A stretch of DNA of 64,000 bases from Bacillota bacterium (GCA_023409265.1 JAEYHZ010000015.1:30837-94836); one strand, 5' to 3'; shown: positions 10,000-20,725, counted from the stretch's first letter. The notes: generated by a model from the letters alone, not told the origin. Program-made: numbers and translations.

Positions 10000-11934
10000 A
10001 TGACCACACCGGAGTTTGACTTCAAAGCAATGATTCAAAAGGATAGGGATGACAGGGTAAAAAGGCAATTTGAAAGTACATTTCTTGAATATCTTCAGTT
10101 GGTAAAATCAAATCCAGAGGTGGCTGTTCTTGCTCATCAAAGGTTATATGACCTTATCGTTTCAAAGGGAACAGAGGTTGTTCGGACTGATGAGAATCCA
10201 AGGTTAAGAAGAATTTACGGTAATGACATAATAAAAAAGTATTTCTTCTTTGAGGAAGACTTTTTTGGAATTGATAAAACAATTATGAAAATAGTCCGGT
10301 ATTTTCATTCCGCAGCAATGGCGGGAGAAGAGGCCAAGCAGGTGTTATATCTTGTTGGACCCGTAGGTGCAGGTAAATCTTCTCTGATGGAAGCATTGAA
10401 AAAAGCCCTGGAAGCAGCACCTCCCATCTATGCACTAAAGGGCTGTCCAATGAGAGAAGAACCTTTGCACCTTGTGCCGAAACACTTAAGGAAGGAATTT
10501 GAAAAAACACTTAACGTAAAGATAGAGGGTGATTTATGTCCTATTTGCAGATATAGACTCAAGAATGAATACGAGGGGGAATATGAGAGATTTCTTGTGG
10601 AATCTGTAGGATTTTCAATACGTTCCAGAAAAGGAATCGGAGTAGTACCTCCTGTTGATCCCAACAATCAGGACTCATCCATTCTAACCGGTAGTGTGGA
10701 CATCTCAAAAATAGATCTCTATCCGGAAGACGACCCGCGGGTACTGTCATTGAACGGTGCATTCAATGCAGGTAACAGGGGCATTGTAGAATTTATAGAA
10801 GTTTTTAAAAACGAGACGGAATATCTGCATACAATGATTACTGCCACCCAGGAAAAATCCATTCCATCCCCCGGTAAGGGAGCAATGATTTACTTCGATG
10901 GTGTTATTCTGGCCCATTCAAATGAGGCCGAATGGAATAAATTCAAATCAGACCATACAAATGAAGCAATTCTTGACAGAATAGTAAGAATAGAAGTACC
11001 ATACTGCCTTGAACTAAACGAAGAAATAAAGATTTATGAAAAAATGCTCTCAAAAAGTAAGTTTAAGGCACATATTGCTCCTCATACCATAGAGATTGCT
11101 TCAATGTTTGCAATCCTCACAAGGCTCAGCCCTTCCAACAAGGTAGACCCCATGACAAAGCTAAAGATCTATAATGGTGAAGAAATACTTGAAAAGGGTA
11201 TGACAAGAAAGATTGATATCTTCGAGCTCAGGGAAGAAGCGCCCAGAGAAGGTATGACGGGAATTTCAACCAGATTTATAATGAAGGCGCTTGACACAGC
11301 TCTTTCCGAATCTGAAAACGACTGCATAAATCCTATAGCTGTTATGGAATCCCTTATAAAATCGGTTAAGGAGCTTGGAATTGGTGATGAGGAAAAGGAA
11401 AGATACCTCAGATTGATCTATGACACTGTTAAGAAGGAATATAACAAAATTCTTGAAAAAGAGGTTACCAAAGCCTTTATCCACGGCTACAGGGAACAGG
11501 CTGAAAGCTTGTTCAACAATTATCTGGATCATGCCGAAGCTTTTGTAAACAAGACTAAAATCAAGGATAAAAATACAGGTGAAGAGTTGGAGCCTGACGA
11601 AAAATTCATGAGATCCATAGAGGAGCAGATAGGTATTTCAGATACTGCTGTAAAAGGCTTCAGATCGGATGTTACAGCTTATATGTTCTTCGTTATGAGA
11701 AATGGCGGAAGTCTTGACTATACCAGCTATGAGCCCTTAAAAGATGCTATTGAGAAGAAGCTTACTACTTCTGTCAGAGATCTCAGCAGAATTATTACCC
11801 AGGCCAAGGTCAGAGATAAGGAACAGACTCAAAAATATAACACAATGGTTGAAGAAATGAAGAAAAACGGCTATTGTGACCATTGCTGCAATGTCATATT
11901 AAAATATGCTGCCAATAACCTTTGGAAGGATTAG
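10000..11934 (+). CDS. prkA: PrkA/YeaG AAA+ ATPase / serine protein kinase
   Basis: Walker A GPVGAGKS, CPMREEPL, NRGIVEFIEVFK; followed by yhbH and spoVR. Confidence 0.95.
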   Translation: MTTPEFDFKAMIQKDRDDRVKRQFESTFLEYLQLVKSNPEVAVLAHQRLYDLIVSKGTEVVRTDENPRLRRIYGNDIIKKYFFFEEDFFGIDKTIMKIVRYFHSAAMAGEEAKQVLYLVGPVGAGKSSLMEALKKALEAAPPIYALKGCPMREEPLHLVPKHLRKEFEKTLNVKIEGDLCPICRYRLKNEYEGEYERFLVESVGFSIRSRKGIGVVPPVDPNNQDSSILTGSVDISKIDLYPEDDPRVLSLNGAFNAGNRGIVEFIEVFKNETEYLHTMITATQEKSIPSPGKGAMIYFDGVILAHSNEAEWNKFKSDHTNEAILDRIVRIEVPYCLELNEEIKIYEKMLSKSKFKAHIAPHTIEIASMFAILTRLSPSNKVDPMTKLKIYNGEEILEKGMTRKIDIFELREEAPREGMTGISTRFIMKALDTALSESENDCINPIAVMESLIKSVKELGIGDEEKERYLRLIYDTVKKEYNKILEKEVTKAFIHGYREQAESLFNNYLDHAEAFVNKTKIKDKNTGEELEPDEKFMRSIEEQIGISDTAVKGFRSDVTAYMFFVMRNGGSLDYTSYEPLKDAIEKKLTTSVRDLSRIITQAKVRDKEQTQKYNTMVEEMKKNGYCDHCCNVILKYAANNLWKD

Positions 11935-12050
11935 ATGCGAAGCAAACTTTAGTGCATACATCTTCCCTTCGCATATCAAAAAGCCTCTAGGCTTTTTACC
12001 GGTGTCACTGCGTCAAGCAATTACCATACACTTGCTTTATTGTTACCGGT
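11935..12050. repeat. Three adjacent intergenic hairpins
   Basis: atgcgaag/cttcgcat, aaaaagcct/aggcttttt, accggt...accggt. Confidence 0.6.
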
Positions 12051-12102
12051 GCTATCGGCGACATGGACGTTAGCTTGAATATTATATGGAGGCTAATACA
12101 TT

Positions 12103-13329
12103 ATGGCTATATTCAGAGAAAACAGCAGCGGCGGAAGGGACAGATCTGCTGAAGACCGTCGCAGACATAGAGAATTGGTTGAAGAATCCATCAAGAAAAA
12201 CCTTGGTAATATAATCGCTGAGGAAAGCATTATAGGCAAAAGCCGGGATAAGAAAATTAAAATTCCAATCAGGGGTATTAAGGAGTTTCAGTTTATATAC
12301 GGAAAAAACAAGCCGGGAGTAGGTTCGGGAAATGGAGATGAAAAAAGGGGAGATAAGTTTTCAGGAGATGCCCAAAACGGGAACGGAAAGGGAAAAGCCG
12401 GTAACCAGGAGGGAGAGGAAATCTATGAGACTGAAATCACCATCGAAGAGGTAATCAGATACCTCTTCGATGATTTAAACCTGCCGGATATTGATAAGAA
12501 GCAGCTGTCCCAGCTGGAGGAAAAAAGCTTTAGAAAATTAGGATATCAGCAAAGAGGTATCCCTCCAAGGCTTGCAAAAAAACGCTCAGCCATAGAAAAA
12601 ATTAAACGGAAGCAGGCAACCAAAAGAGCCCTGAATGAGCTTGCCGGGGATGATAATGGTGATGCTGGACAAGTGGATTCCGGAAAAAGTATTGACACAA
12701 ATCTGCTGAATAAGGTTATGCCCGACAATAGATTTCCTTTTATAGAGGATGATTTGAGGTACTACAGGATAAAGGAAGATAACAAAAGAGACTATAATGC
12801 CGTTGTATTATGCATTATGGATGTTTCGGGCTCCATGGACCAGACTAAAAAATATCTGGCAAGAAGCTTCTATTTCCTGCTGTATCAATTTTTACACTTG
12901 AAATATGCCAATGTTGAGGTAGTGTTTATAGCACATACCACAACCGCAAAAGAGGTTAATGAAAAAGAATTTTTTCATAGAGGAGAATCGGGTGGCACAT
13001 ACATCAGCAGTGGATATGAAAAAGCTATGGAGATAATCAACGAAAGGTATAGCCCCAGTAATTGGAATATTTATGCATTTCACTGCAGTGATGGCGATAA
13101 CTGGTCTGAGGACAACAAGAAAGCAGTAGACAGTGCAAAAAAACTGTGTGAAGTATGCAATCTTTTCGGTTATGGTGAAATTGTACCTGGTTATTACAGT
13201 ATGGGCAGTACCATAAAAGCTGAACTCCAGAGCAAGATTGACAGTAAAAATTTTGCAGCTATTACCATAAATAAAAAAGAAGATGTTCTTCCTGCATTGA
13301 AGAAGCTCCTGGAAAAGGGAGAGGATTAA
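12103..13329 (+). CDS. yhbH: Sporulation protein YhbH (YeaH/DUF444, vWA-like)
   Basis: DRRRH, MDVSGSM MIDAS-like motif, ESGGT, SDGDNW. Confidence 0.92.
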   Translation: MAIFRENSSGGRDRSAEDRRRHRELVEESIKKNLGNIIAEESIIGKSRDKKIKIPIRGIKEFQFIYGKNKPGVGSGNGDEKRGDKFSGDAQNGNGKGKAGNQEGEEIYETEITIEEVIRYLFDDLNLPDIDKKQLSQLEEKSFRKLGYQQRGIPPRLAKKRSAIEKIKRKQATKRALNELAGDDNGDAGQVDSGKSIDTNLLNKVMPDNRFPFIEDDLRYYRIKEDNKRDYNAVVLCIMDVSGSMDQTKKYLARSFYFLLYQFLHLKYANVEVVFIAHTTTAKEVNEKEFFHRGESGGTYISSGYEKAMEIINERYSPSNWNIYAFHCSDGDNWSEDNKKAVDSAKKLCEVCNLFGYGEIVPGYYSMGSTIKAELQSKIDSKNFAAITINKKEDVLPALKKLLEKGED

Positions 13330-13396
13330 AAAGGCAGGCATTTTTTATCATTATTAACTTCGTGCAAATCCTGAATGAGAGTGGAGTGGGAAAAGT

Positions 13397-14788
13397 ATGA
13401 CAGACTTTAGTTTGGCTGATCTGGAATATTGGAATGAACGAATAGAGAAAATAGCAAAAGATTGTGGGTTGGACTACTATAATCAGGAGTTTGAAATTAT
13501 AAACTATGAGGATATGATCGGTTATGAATCCTATGTTGGAATGCCGTCCCATTACCCTCATTGGAGTTACGGGAAATCATATGAAAGGATAAAAACCCTC
13601 CATAAATATAATTTATCAGGGTTACCTTACGAAATGGTTATTAACTCAAATCCCTGTATAGCTTATCTGATGAAGGATAATTCTCTTTTACTTCAGGTGC
13701 TTACTATCGCTCATGTTTATGCCCATAACGATTTTTTCAAAAATAACAGATTATTTAAATTGGGTACCAAGGCTGAGTACACTGTTGAAATGTTTAAAAA
13801 TCATGCTAACCGGATAAGGGAATATATTTCCGATCCCAGTATCGGGTATGCAAGGGTTGAAAAGATTTTAAACGCCGCCCATGCTGTTAAGCTGCAAACC
13901 GAGAGAGTAGTTGATTTTCAAAACAGGGTTGCAGATAAAAGCAGGAAAAATGTATCAGCACTTACCGAGAATTATAAAGAGTTTTCTAATCTGGAAAGGT
14001 ATTCAAAAAGAGAAAGTGATGATACAGAAAGCACAGTCCAGCAGGAATTAAAAATACCGGAGATTCCGGAAGAGGATATTCTTAGATTTATTGCCGAACA
14101 CGGAAGACTTCAGGACTGGGAAAAAGACATCATGTCCATAGTCAGGGAAGAGGCTCAATATTTTATTCCTCAGATAGAAACAAAAATAATGAATGAAGGT
14201 TGGGCCAGCTTCTGGCACTATAATATTTTAAATAAGCTCGAACTGCCGCAAAGTCTGCATGTGGAGTTTTTACGCAGGCACAATGAGGTAATCCGCCCGT
14301 TGAAATCCAGTATAAACCCTTATTATATAGGTTTTAAAATATTTGAAAATATTAATGAAAAACAGGGACTGCAGAAAATTTTTGAAATCCGGGAAAATGA
14401 GAGGGACCAGTCCTTTATCAGAAGATTTATGACACAGGAATTGTGCAGTGAAATGAACCTGTTCGAGTATGTAACAGCAGGAAATGATTATATGATATCC
14501 GAAGTCTCTGATGAAGAAGGGTGGAAGATAGTAAGGAATACCCTTTGCAATACTGTTGGCATTGGAAGCATACCCACCATACGTGTTGAGGAATGGGTGC
14601 AAAAGGACAATACGCTTATTCTGACACACGAATATGATGGACGTGAGCTGGAATTGAGCTATGCCTATGAGACTTTGAAGCATCTTGTAGATCTCTGGAA
14701 TGGTAAGATACTTCTGATAACCCAGCTCGAGGGAAAGAAAAAGAATATTGCCTGCGATGAGCAAAAGAGAATATCTTTATATGGTTAA
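13397..14788 (+). CDS. spoVR: Stage V sporulation protein R
   Basis: GMPSHYPHWSYGK, YEMVINSNPC, TKIMNEGWASFWH. Confidence 0.95.
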   Translation: MTDFSLADLEYWNERIEKIAKDCGLDYYNQEFEIINYEDMIGYESYVGMPSHYPHWSYGKSYERIKTLHKYNLSGLPYEMVINSNPCIAYLMKDNSLLLQVLTIAHVYAHNDFFKNNRLFKLGTKAEYTVEMFKNHANRIREYISDPSIGYARVEKILNAAHAVKLQTERVVDFQNRVADKSRKNVSALTENYKEFSNLERYSKRESDDTESTVQQELKIPEIPEEDILRFIAEHGRLQDWEKDIMSIVREEAQYFIPQIETKIMNEGWASFWHYNILNKLELPQSLHVEFLRRHNEVIRPLKSSINPYYIGFKIFENINEKQGLQKIFEIRENERDQSFIRRFMTQELCSEMNLFEYVTAGNDYMISEVSDEEGWKIVRNTLCNTVGIGSIPTIRVEEWVQKDNTLILTHEYDGRELELSYAYETLKHLVDLWNGKILLITQLEGKKKNIACDEQKRISLYG

Positions 14789-14795
14789 CTTCTTG

Positions 14796-14822
14796 TTAGC
14801 ACTCTTATTAATTGAGTGCTAA
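14796..14822. promoter_or_regulatory. CIRCE element (HrcA operator)
   Basis: Perfect TTAGCACTC-N9-GAGTGCTAA, followed by TTGAAA-17 bp-TATATT (14830-14858) and htpG. Confidence 0.95.
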
Positions 14823-14893
14823 AAAACACTTGAAAGTTTATGACAATAGAGTTATATTATTATTGTTAAAAATTTTCTAAGGGAGGTAAAAGT

Positions 14894-14977
14894 GTGAAAT
14901 TGAATTGGTGCATCATTAATACTATTTTACACCGGGAAAATACTGTTTTTCCACTCCAAATATTTGAACAAAATTAA
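14894..14977 (+). CDS. Candidate 27-aa small ORF in the htpG leader (MKLNWCIINTILHRENTVFPLQIFEQN)
   Basis: Strong SD AAGGGAGGT, GTG start, stop adjacent to the htpG RBS. Confidence 0.35.
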   Translation: MKLNWCIINTILHRENTVFPLQIFEQN

Positions 14978-14989
14978 AAGGAGGCTGTT

Positions 14990-16897
14990 ATGAAACACGA
15001 AAGCGGAAGTATTTCAATTAATACCGAAAACATTTTTCCTATTATAAAAAAGTGGTTATATTCTGAAAAGGATATATTTATCAGGGAGCTTGTTTCCAAT
15101 GCAAGTGATGCAATAAGCAAGCTTAAAAAGCTTGATGCTATTGGTGAAGCTGAACTACCCGATGACAACAAGTTTCAAATCAAGGTCATTGTAGATAAGA
15201 ATGAAAAGACAATCAAAGTTATTGATAATGGTCTCGGTATGACTGACGAAGAAGTTAAAAAATATATTAATCAGATTGCTTTTTCAGGAGCAGTCGATTT
15301 TCTTGAAAAATACAAGGACAAGTCTGATGACGGGCAAATAATCGGACACTTTGGTCTCGGTTTCTATTCAGCCTTCATGGTATCACAGAGGGTACAGATA
15401 GATACCCTGTCCTATCAGCCCGGCGCAGCAGCCGTAAGATGGATAAGCGATGGCGGAACAGAGTTTGAAATGACGGATTCCGACAGAGCAGAGAGAGGTA
15501 CAACTATAACTCTATACTTATCCGAGGATGGGCTTGAATTTACTGACGAATACAAAATGAGAGCTACTCTTGAGAAATATTTTGCATTCCTTCCATATGA
15601 ACTTTACCTTGAGGACACTGCCAAAGCAGTTGAAAAAACTGAGGACAAGGCCAAGGACACGGCAGAGAGTGCTGATGCAGCAGAAAAGACCGAACCCAAA
15701 AAGCCTGAGCCTTTGAATGATACTCAACCTCTGTGGCTGAAGAATCCAAAGGACTGTACGGAAGAAGAGTATAAGCAGTTCTATACAAAGGTATTCCATG
15801 ATTTCAATGAGCCCCTGTTCTGGATACACTTGAATATGGATTATCCGTTTAATCTGAAAGGAATACTCTATTTCCCTAAACTCAAACACGAATTTGAGAC
15901 AATGGAAGGACAGATTAAGCTTTACTACAATCAGGTTTTTGTTGCCGACAACATAAAAGAAGTTATACCTGAATTTCTCTTGCTGTTAAAAGGTGTTCTT
16001 GACTGTCCTGATCTGCCTTTGAATGTATCAAGGAGCTTCCTGCAGAACGATGGATACGTTAACAAGATATCTACACATATTACAAAGAAGGTTGCCGACA
16101 AACTGACCTCACTCTTTGAAAATGAGCGTGATAATTACAATAAATACTGGGATGACATCAATCCTTTTGTTAAATATGGCTGTATAAGAGAAGACAAGTT
16201 CTATGACAGAGTGAAGGATATTCTGATTTATAAATCAACCAGGGGCGGATACACCACACTGAAGGATTACCTGGAGAATAACAAGGAAAAACACGAGAAC
16301 AAGATATTTTATGTTTCAAACGAGAAACAGCAGGCTCAATATATCAGACTGTTTAATGAGAATGGAATGGAAGCGGTCATACTTTCAACCATGATTGACA
16401 ACCACTTTATTCAGCTGCTTGAAAGTAAAATGACAGGTGTCCGTTTCAACAGAATAGACGCTGATATTTCAGATAACATGAAAAAGGGCGACACAGGCAT
16501 AGCAGACGACGACGTAAGCTATCTTGAAAAACTATTTAAGGCTGCCGTAAATGATGAAAAGCTTAAGATTCAGGTAGAATCTCTGAAGAATGAGTCTGTA
16601 CCGGCTATGATACTTTTATCGGAACAGTCAAGAAGGATGCAGGAAATGAGTGCAATGTTCGGAGGAATGGATATGAGCCATATGTTCCCTAAAGAACAGA
16701 CTCTGGTTTTAAACTCCTCCAATAGGCTGGTTAAGGCTGTTCTTGATATGAAGGCAGATGAAACAAAGAAGGATGAAATCAAGCTGATAAGCGAACATAT
16801 TTATGATCTTGCCATGATGAGCCATCAGCCTTTGGAGCCCGATGCAATGGCCAGATTCATTGAGAGAAGCAATGAAATTCTCATGAAGCTGGTTTAA
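14990..16897 (+). CDS. htpG: Chaperone HtpG (Hsp90)
   Basis: FIRELVSNASDA, DNGLGMT, IIGHFGLGFYSAF, LPLNVSRSFLQ. Confidence 0.97.
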   Translation: MKHESGSISINTENIFPIIKKWLYSEKDIFIRELVSNASDAISKLKKLDAIGEAELPDDNKFQIKVIVDKNEKTIKVIDNGLGMTDEEVKKYINQIAFSGAVDFLEKYKDKSDDGQIIGHFGLGFYSAFMVSQRVQIDTLSYQPGAAAVRWISDGGTEFEMTDSDRAERGTTITLYLSEDGLEFTDEYKMRATLEKYFAFLPYELYLEDTAKAVEKTEDKAKDTAESADAAEKTEPKKPEPLNDTQPLWLKNPKDCTEEEYKQFYTKVFHDFNEPLFWIHLNMDYPFNLKGILYFPKLKHEFETMEGQIKLYYNQVFVADNIKEVIPEFLLLLKGVLDCPDLPLNVSRSFLQNDGYVNKISTHITKKVADKLTSLFENERDNYNKYWDDINPFVKYGCIREDKFYDRVKDILIYKSTRGGYTTLKDYLENNKEKHENKIFYVSNEKQQAQYIRLFNENGMEAVILSTMIDNHFIQLLESKMTGVRFNRIDADISDNMKKGDTGIADDDVSYLEKLFKAAVNDEKLKIQVESLKNESVPAMILLSEQSRRMQEMSAMFGGMDMSHMFPKEQTLVLNSSNRLVKAVLDMKADETKKDEIKLISEHIYDLAMMSHQPLEPDAMARFIERSNEILMKLV

Positions 16898-16976
16898 GAC
16901 TAATTTACTTATAGCAAAATATTTAAATAAAAGCTCATTAAAGAGAAAAGTTAAAATATACAAGTGTAAACTTAAT

Positions 16977-17016
16977 AAAAAAGATAATTTCGGCATATAC
17001 CGAAATTATCTTTTTT
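16977..17016 (+). terminator. Intrinsic terminator after htpG
   Basis: gataatttcgg-catata-ccgaaattatc flanked by A6 and T6. Confidence 0.9.
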
Positions 17017-17162
17017 AGCATTTTTACCGTTTCAGGTGTTATCCAATAACTGATTATGCTTATTCAGATAAAGGATAATATAAATTAAGTTGTCAGGTTG
17101 ATAATATATCTAAGGTTTGTTACAATTGGAAAAATAACACTTTGAGGACGTGGAGGGGAAAA

Positions 17163-17987
17163 ATGATAAAATTAGATGTTAACGGTTATGTCAAGGTCCT
17201 TGAACCTTTAAAAGCTTTGGAAATAAACACCCTGTTTGCACAAGCAGTAATTCACCGTCAAATTCCGGGCACTGTGTATGTTGATAATATTAAAGACCCC
17301 GAGGCCTTTTACATAGCACACCCTTACGGTATGTCACTGCTTTTTGGGGAAGTAAATAATGAAAATTTCATTGGCGGCCTCGAACAATATTTGTTTAATT
17401 CAAATAAGGAAAGGGATAAGGGCGAGTGGCTGCAGGGATATCCTTGTGCCTGGAGTGAAATAATAGACAAGCTGGCAGGTTCATCATTAACCGTGGAAAA
17501 GGGTACTCCGGAAAATAAAGCTAAAGTTATAAAACATACCAGAGTCAATTTTAAGTTTGATAAAACCAGATATCTAAAAATTAAACAACAGCTGGAAAGT
17601 TCCCCCGGGAACTTGGTAAAGACTACAGATGAAATGTTTAAGAAAATAACAGGTACGGTTGTACCCGCATTTTTCTGGACTGATGGCAATGACTTTGAAA
17701 CAAATGGTGCCGGCTACAGCCTTTTATATAACGGAGAGATTGCTGCCACAGCATTTTCAGCCTTCCTTCTGGATGGGAAACTGGAAATAGGCATTGAAAC
17801 TTCAGATAAATATAGGGGAAAGGGTTTTGCTGTTTTGGTTTGTTCAGCACTTATTGATTATTGCCTGATGAACGGCTTAGAGCCTGTGTGGGCCTGCAGA
17901 TTGGGAAATACAGCTTCATATCAGCTCGCTCAAAAGCTTGGATTTGTTCCTACGATTAATATTCCATATTATCAGTTACCGGTATAG
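17163..17987 (+). CDS. GNAT-family acetyltransferase
   Basis: C-terminal EIGIET..YRGKGFA, PVWAC..N.AS..LAQKLGF; ATG 17163 behind GGAGG. Confidence 0.85.
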   Translation: MIKLDVNGYVKVLEPLKALEINTLFAQAVIHRQIPGTVYVDNIKDPEAFYIAHPYGMSLLFGEVNNENFIGGLEQYLFNSNKERDKGEWLQGYPCAWSEIIDKLAGSSLTVEKGTPENKAKVIKHTRVNFKFDKTRYLKIKQQLESSPGNLVKTTDEMFKKITGTVVPAFFWTDGNDFETNGAGYSLLYNGEIAATAFSAFLLDGKLEIGIETSDKYRGKGFAVLVCSALIDYCLMNGLEPVWACRLGNTASYQLAQKLGFVPTINIPYYQLPV

Positions 17988-18002
17988 ATTGTATATGTCA
18001 AC

Positions 18003-18074
18003 AAGACTTACAATAAACTGAAGACTTACAATAACTTGAAGACTTACAATAATCAGAAGACTAACAATAACTTG
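18003..18074. repeat. Tandem repeat, 4 x 18 bp (AAGACTTACAATAANNNG)
   Basis: Units begin at 18003, 18021, 18039 and 18057. Confidence 0.9.
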
Positions 18075-18144
18075 TTTTACGCATCACTTGACTTGTTTAC
18101 AGAAAGTTCACGATTTATATAATATTTATTAATAAAAGTATACT

Positions 18145-18417
18145 ACCTTCAGTTGACAAGGGGAAACACGCCCGACAGGGCCTAGAACGGGCGCTGACTG
18201 TGTTCTCGTCCTCGACTTGCGTCCAGCAAGCCTTCGTCCTGCGGCCTTGTCAACACCAGCTCTAGTCTCTGTCGGGTCTTCAGAGTTTCCAGGCGCATGG
18301 CCGTGTTTCTAGCAAGGCAGACGACGCAGCCTTACTGTTCGTAAGGAAAGGAGGATAACGACGCTAGGGACACGGATCATGCCCTGAAAACCGTGTATAC
18401 CCTTGTCAACTGAAGGT
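18145..18417. mobile_element. 273-bp GC-rich MITE-like element with perfect 18-bp terminal inverted repeats and two internal hairpin arms
   Basis: accttcagttgacaaggg / cccttgtcaactgaaggt; arms at about 18171-18276 and 18284-18392; no credible ORF. Confidence 0.7.
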
Positions 18418-18591
18418 TTTATAGGTACATAAACTTTTTTCATATTTGTTTCTCCTTTAATACCCTTATAACAGCTCCGTATAGAAGATATACGGGGCTT
18501 TAACAATTCTAAAGCCCGTTTAAAATATTTGTAACATAAATAAAGAAATTTTCAATATAATACAATAGAAAAAATTTTATGGGGAGAAAAT

Positions 18592-18930
18592 ATGTTTTTA
18601 AACAGCTATATTGGTGAGAATATATTTTTAAGCTTAAGAAAAAATGCCGAACAGAATGCTGTGTTAAATTATTTTTATGATATTGATAATATTATATACG
18701 CAAAGCTGATGGATATTGATGAAATAGGGATCTGGCTTGAAGGCGCAGGAACTGTGACAAAAATCATGGATGAGACAGGCAATGAGATACCCCCTGAACA
18801 TCAAATATCTGAAAGGAAATCTACAAGTATCCTTGTCAGATGGGAATATATTGATGATATATACGTTCTAAATCCGGGTGAAAAAAAGATACAGCCCATG
18901 GGCTTCAGATTTGATCCGTCAAGGGAATAA
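18592..18930 (+). CDS. Hypothetical protein, possible Sm/LSm-like beta-barrel
   Basis: GGGGAG RBS, 112-aa ORF, terminator downstream. Confidence 0.7.
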   Translation: MFLNSYIGENIFLSLRKNAEQNAVLNYFYDIDNIIYAKLMDIDEIGIWLEGAGTVTKIMDETGNEIPPEHQISERKSTSILVRWEYIDDIYVLNPGEKKIQPMGFRFDPSRE

Positions 18931-18980
18931 TAAATAAAGTTGGTGTTCAACAGAATAGTATATATGCAGTTGTGAGAAGC

Positions 18981-19011
18981 AAAAAGCGAACCCGGCAGGA
19001 TTCGCTTTTTT
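18981..19011. terminator. Bidirectional terminator
   Basis: aaaaagcgaa-cccggcagga-ttcgctttttt between convergent genes. Confidence 0.85.
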
Positions 19012-19046
19012 GGCTGTATAATAAATTAAAACTATCAGGCATTGGA

Positions 19047-20723
19047 TTATTGCTTTTCTTTATCAGTTTGTCTGATCTCAACACGTCTGATTTTACCGCT
19101 GATGGTTTTGGGAAGCTCATCAACAAACTCAATAATTCTAGGATACTTGTAAGGCGCAGTTACTTTCTTAACGTGATCCTGCAGTTCTTTTACCAGTTCA
19201 TCACCAGGGGAGTAATTCTTTGTGAGAACAACGGTAGCCTTGACAATCTGACCCCTTACATCATCCGGAACTGCAGTAATTGCACATTCCATAACTGCCG
19301 GATGTTCGATCAGAGCGCTTTCAACCTCAAAGGGCCCTATTCTGTAGCCTGAGCTCTTGATAACATCATCAGCTCTCCCAACAAACCAGTAATAACCGTC
19401 TTCATCCCGCCAGGCTACGTCCCCTGTATAATAGATATCATCGTGCCAGACTTTGCTTGTAAGGGCGGCATCTCTGTAGTATCCGCCAAACATTCCGGCA
19501 GGCTTCCTTTTATGGGTTCTTACAACTATCTGGCCTTCTTCACCTTCCTGGGCAGAATTGCCTTCATCATCCAGCAGGTCTATATCATAACCTGGTGAAG
19601 GTTTTCCCATTGAGCCTGGCTTGGGTTCCATCCATGGATAGGTTGCCAGGGTTACTGTTAATTCAGTCTGGCCAAATCCTTCCATCAGCTTAATACCTGT
19701 TGCCTTGTAAAACTGTGTATATACTTCAGGGTTCAGGGGTTCACCGGCTACAGCACAATACTTAAGGCTGCTTAAGTCAAACTTTGAGAGATCTTCTTTT
19801 ATAAAGAATCTGTACATGGTTGGAGGAGCACAGAAGGAGGTTACCTTGTGTTTGGAGATAACCTGGAGCAACTCCTTTGGAACAAATTTGTTATAGTCAT
19901 ATACAAATACTGCACAGCCTGCAAGCCATTGTCCGTAAATCTTTCCCCAAACTGCCTTTGCCCAGCCTGTATCGGCAACGGTCAGGTGCAATCCGTCATC
20001 GGCCACATTTTGCCAGTACTTTGCTGTAAGAATATGACCCAAAGGGTATAAATAGTCGTGTTGAACCATTTTAGGCATTCCTGTGGTACCGGAGGTAAAG
20101 TACAACAAGGAGATATCATCATTTTTTGAAGCCTGATCCCCGGTTGGTCTTTCAAAAACTGTGGAGGATTTATCGACTTCACTTGAAAAATCAAGCCAAC
20201 CATCTTTACTATCACCAACCAGCGCCTTGTATTTAAGGCTGGGTGATTTACTTGCTGCATCCTCTATGTGCATAATTACTTCAGGTTCTGAAACGGATAC
20301 AATCATCTTAATATCAGCTGCATTGGCTCTGTATACTATGTCTTTGGATGTCAGAAGGTGAGTAGCAGGGATTGTTACAGCACCAAGCTTATGCAGGGCC
20401 AGAATACAAAACCAGAATTCGTAACGCCTTTTCAACACCAGCATTACAGGATCACCCCGTTTAATACCGACAGCTTTGAAGAAATTAGCTGTTTTATCGC
20501 TGTATTCCTTAAGCTGTGCAAAGGTAAATGTTGCTTCAGCTCCTGACTCATCACACCACACAAGTGCTGTTTTATTTGGGTTGGTCTTTGCGTATTCATC
20601 AACCACATCATATGCAAAATTGAAATTCTCAGGCACCTTTATTTCAAAATTCTCGTAGAAATCCTCGTATGAAGAATAGTCAACCCGAGAAAGATATTTG
20701 TTCAACATTTGTTTTTCCCCCAA
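19047..20723 (-). CDS. AMP-binding short/medium-chain acyl-CoA synthetase
   Basis: [54 protein letters not shown]. Confidence 0.92.
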   Translation of the reverse strand: MGEKQMLNKYLSRVDYSSYEDFYENFEIKVPENFNFAYDVVDEYAKTNPNKTALVWCDESGAEATFTFAQLKEYSDKTANFFKAVGIKRGDPVMLVLKRRYEFWFCILALHKLGAVTIPATHLLTSKDIVYRANAADIKMIVSVSEPEVIMHIEDAASKSPSLKYKALVGDSKDGWLDFSSEVDKSSTVFERPTGDQASKNDDISLLYFTSGTTGMPKMVQHDYLYPLGHILTAKYWQNVADDGLHLTVADTGWAKAVWGKIYGQWLAGCAVFVYDYNKFVPKELLQVISKHKVTSFCAPPTMYRFFIKEDLSKFDLSSLKYCAVAGEPLNPEVYTQFYKATGIKLMEGFGQTELTVTLATYPWMEPKPGSMGKPSPGYDIDLLDDEGNSAQEGEEGQIVVRTHKRKPAGMFGGYYRDAALTSKVWHDDIYYTGDVAWRDEDGYYWFVGRADDVIKSSGYRIGPFEVESALIEHPAVMECAITAVPDDVRGQIVKATVVLTKNYSPGDELVKELQDHVKKVTAPYKYPRIIEFVDELPKTISGKIRRVEIRQTDKEKQ

Positions 20724-20725
20724 TG

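Noticed and set aside
18003..18074. Possible mini CRISPR array
   Set aside because: The 18-bp units abut each other with no unique spacers, and no cas genes are present.
18309..18506. 65-aa minus-strand ORF
   Set aside because: It runs through the palindromic element, has no recognisable motif and is not a transposase.
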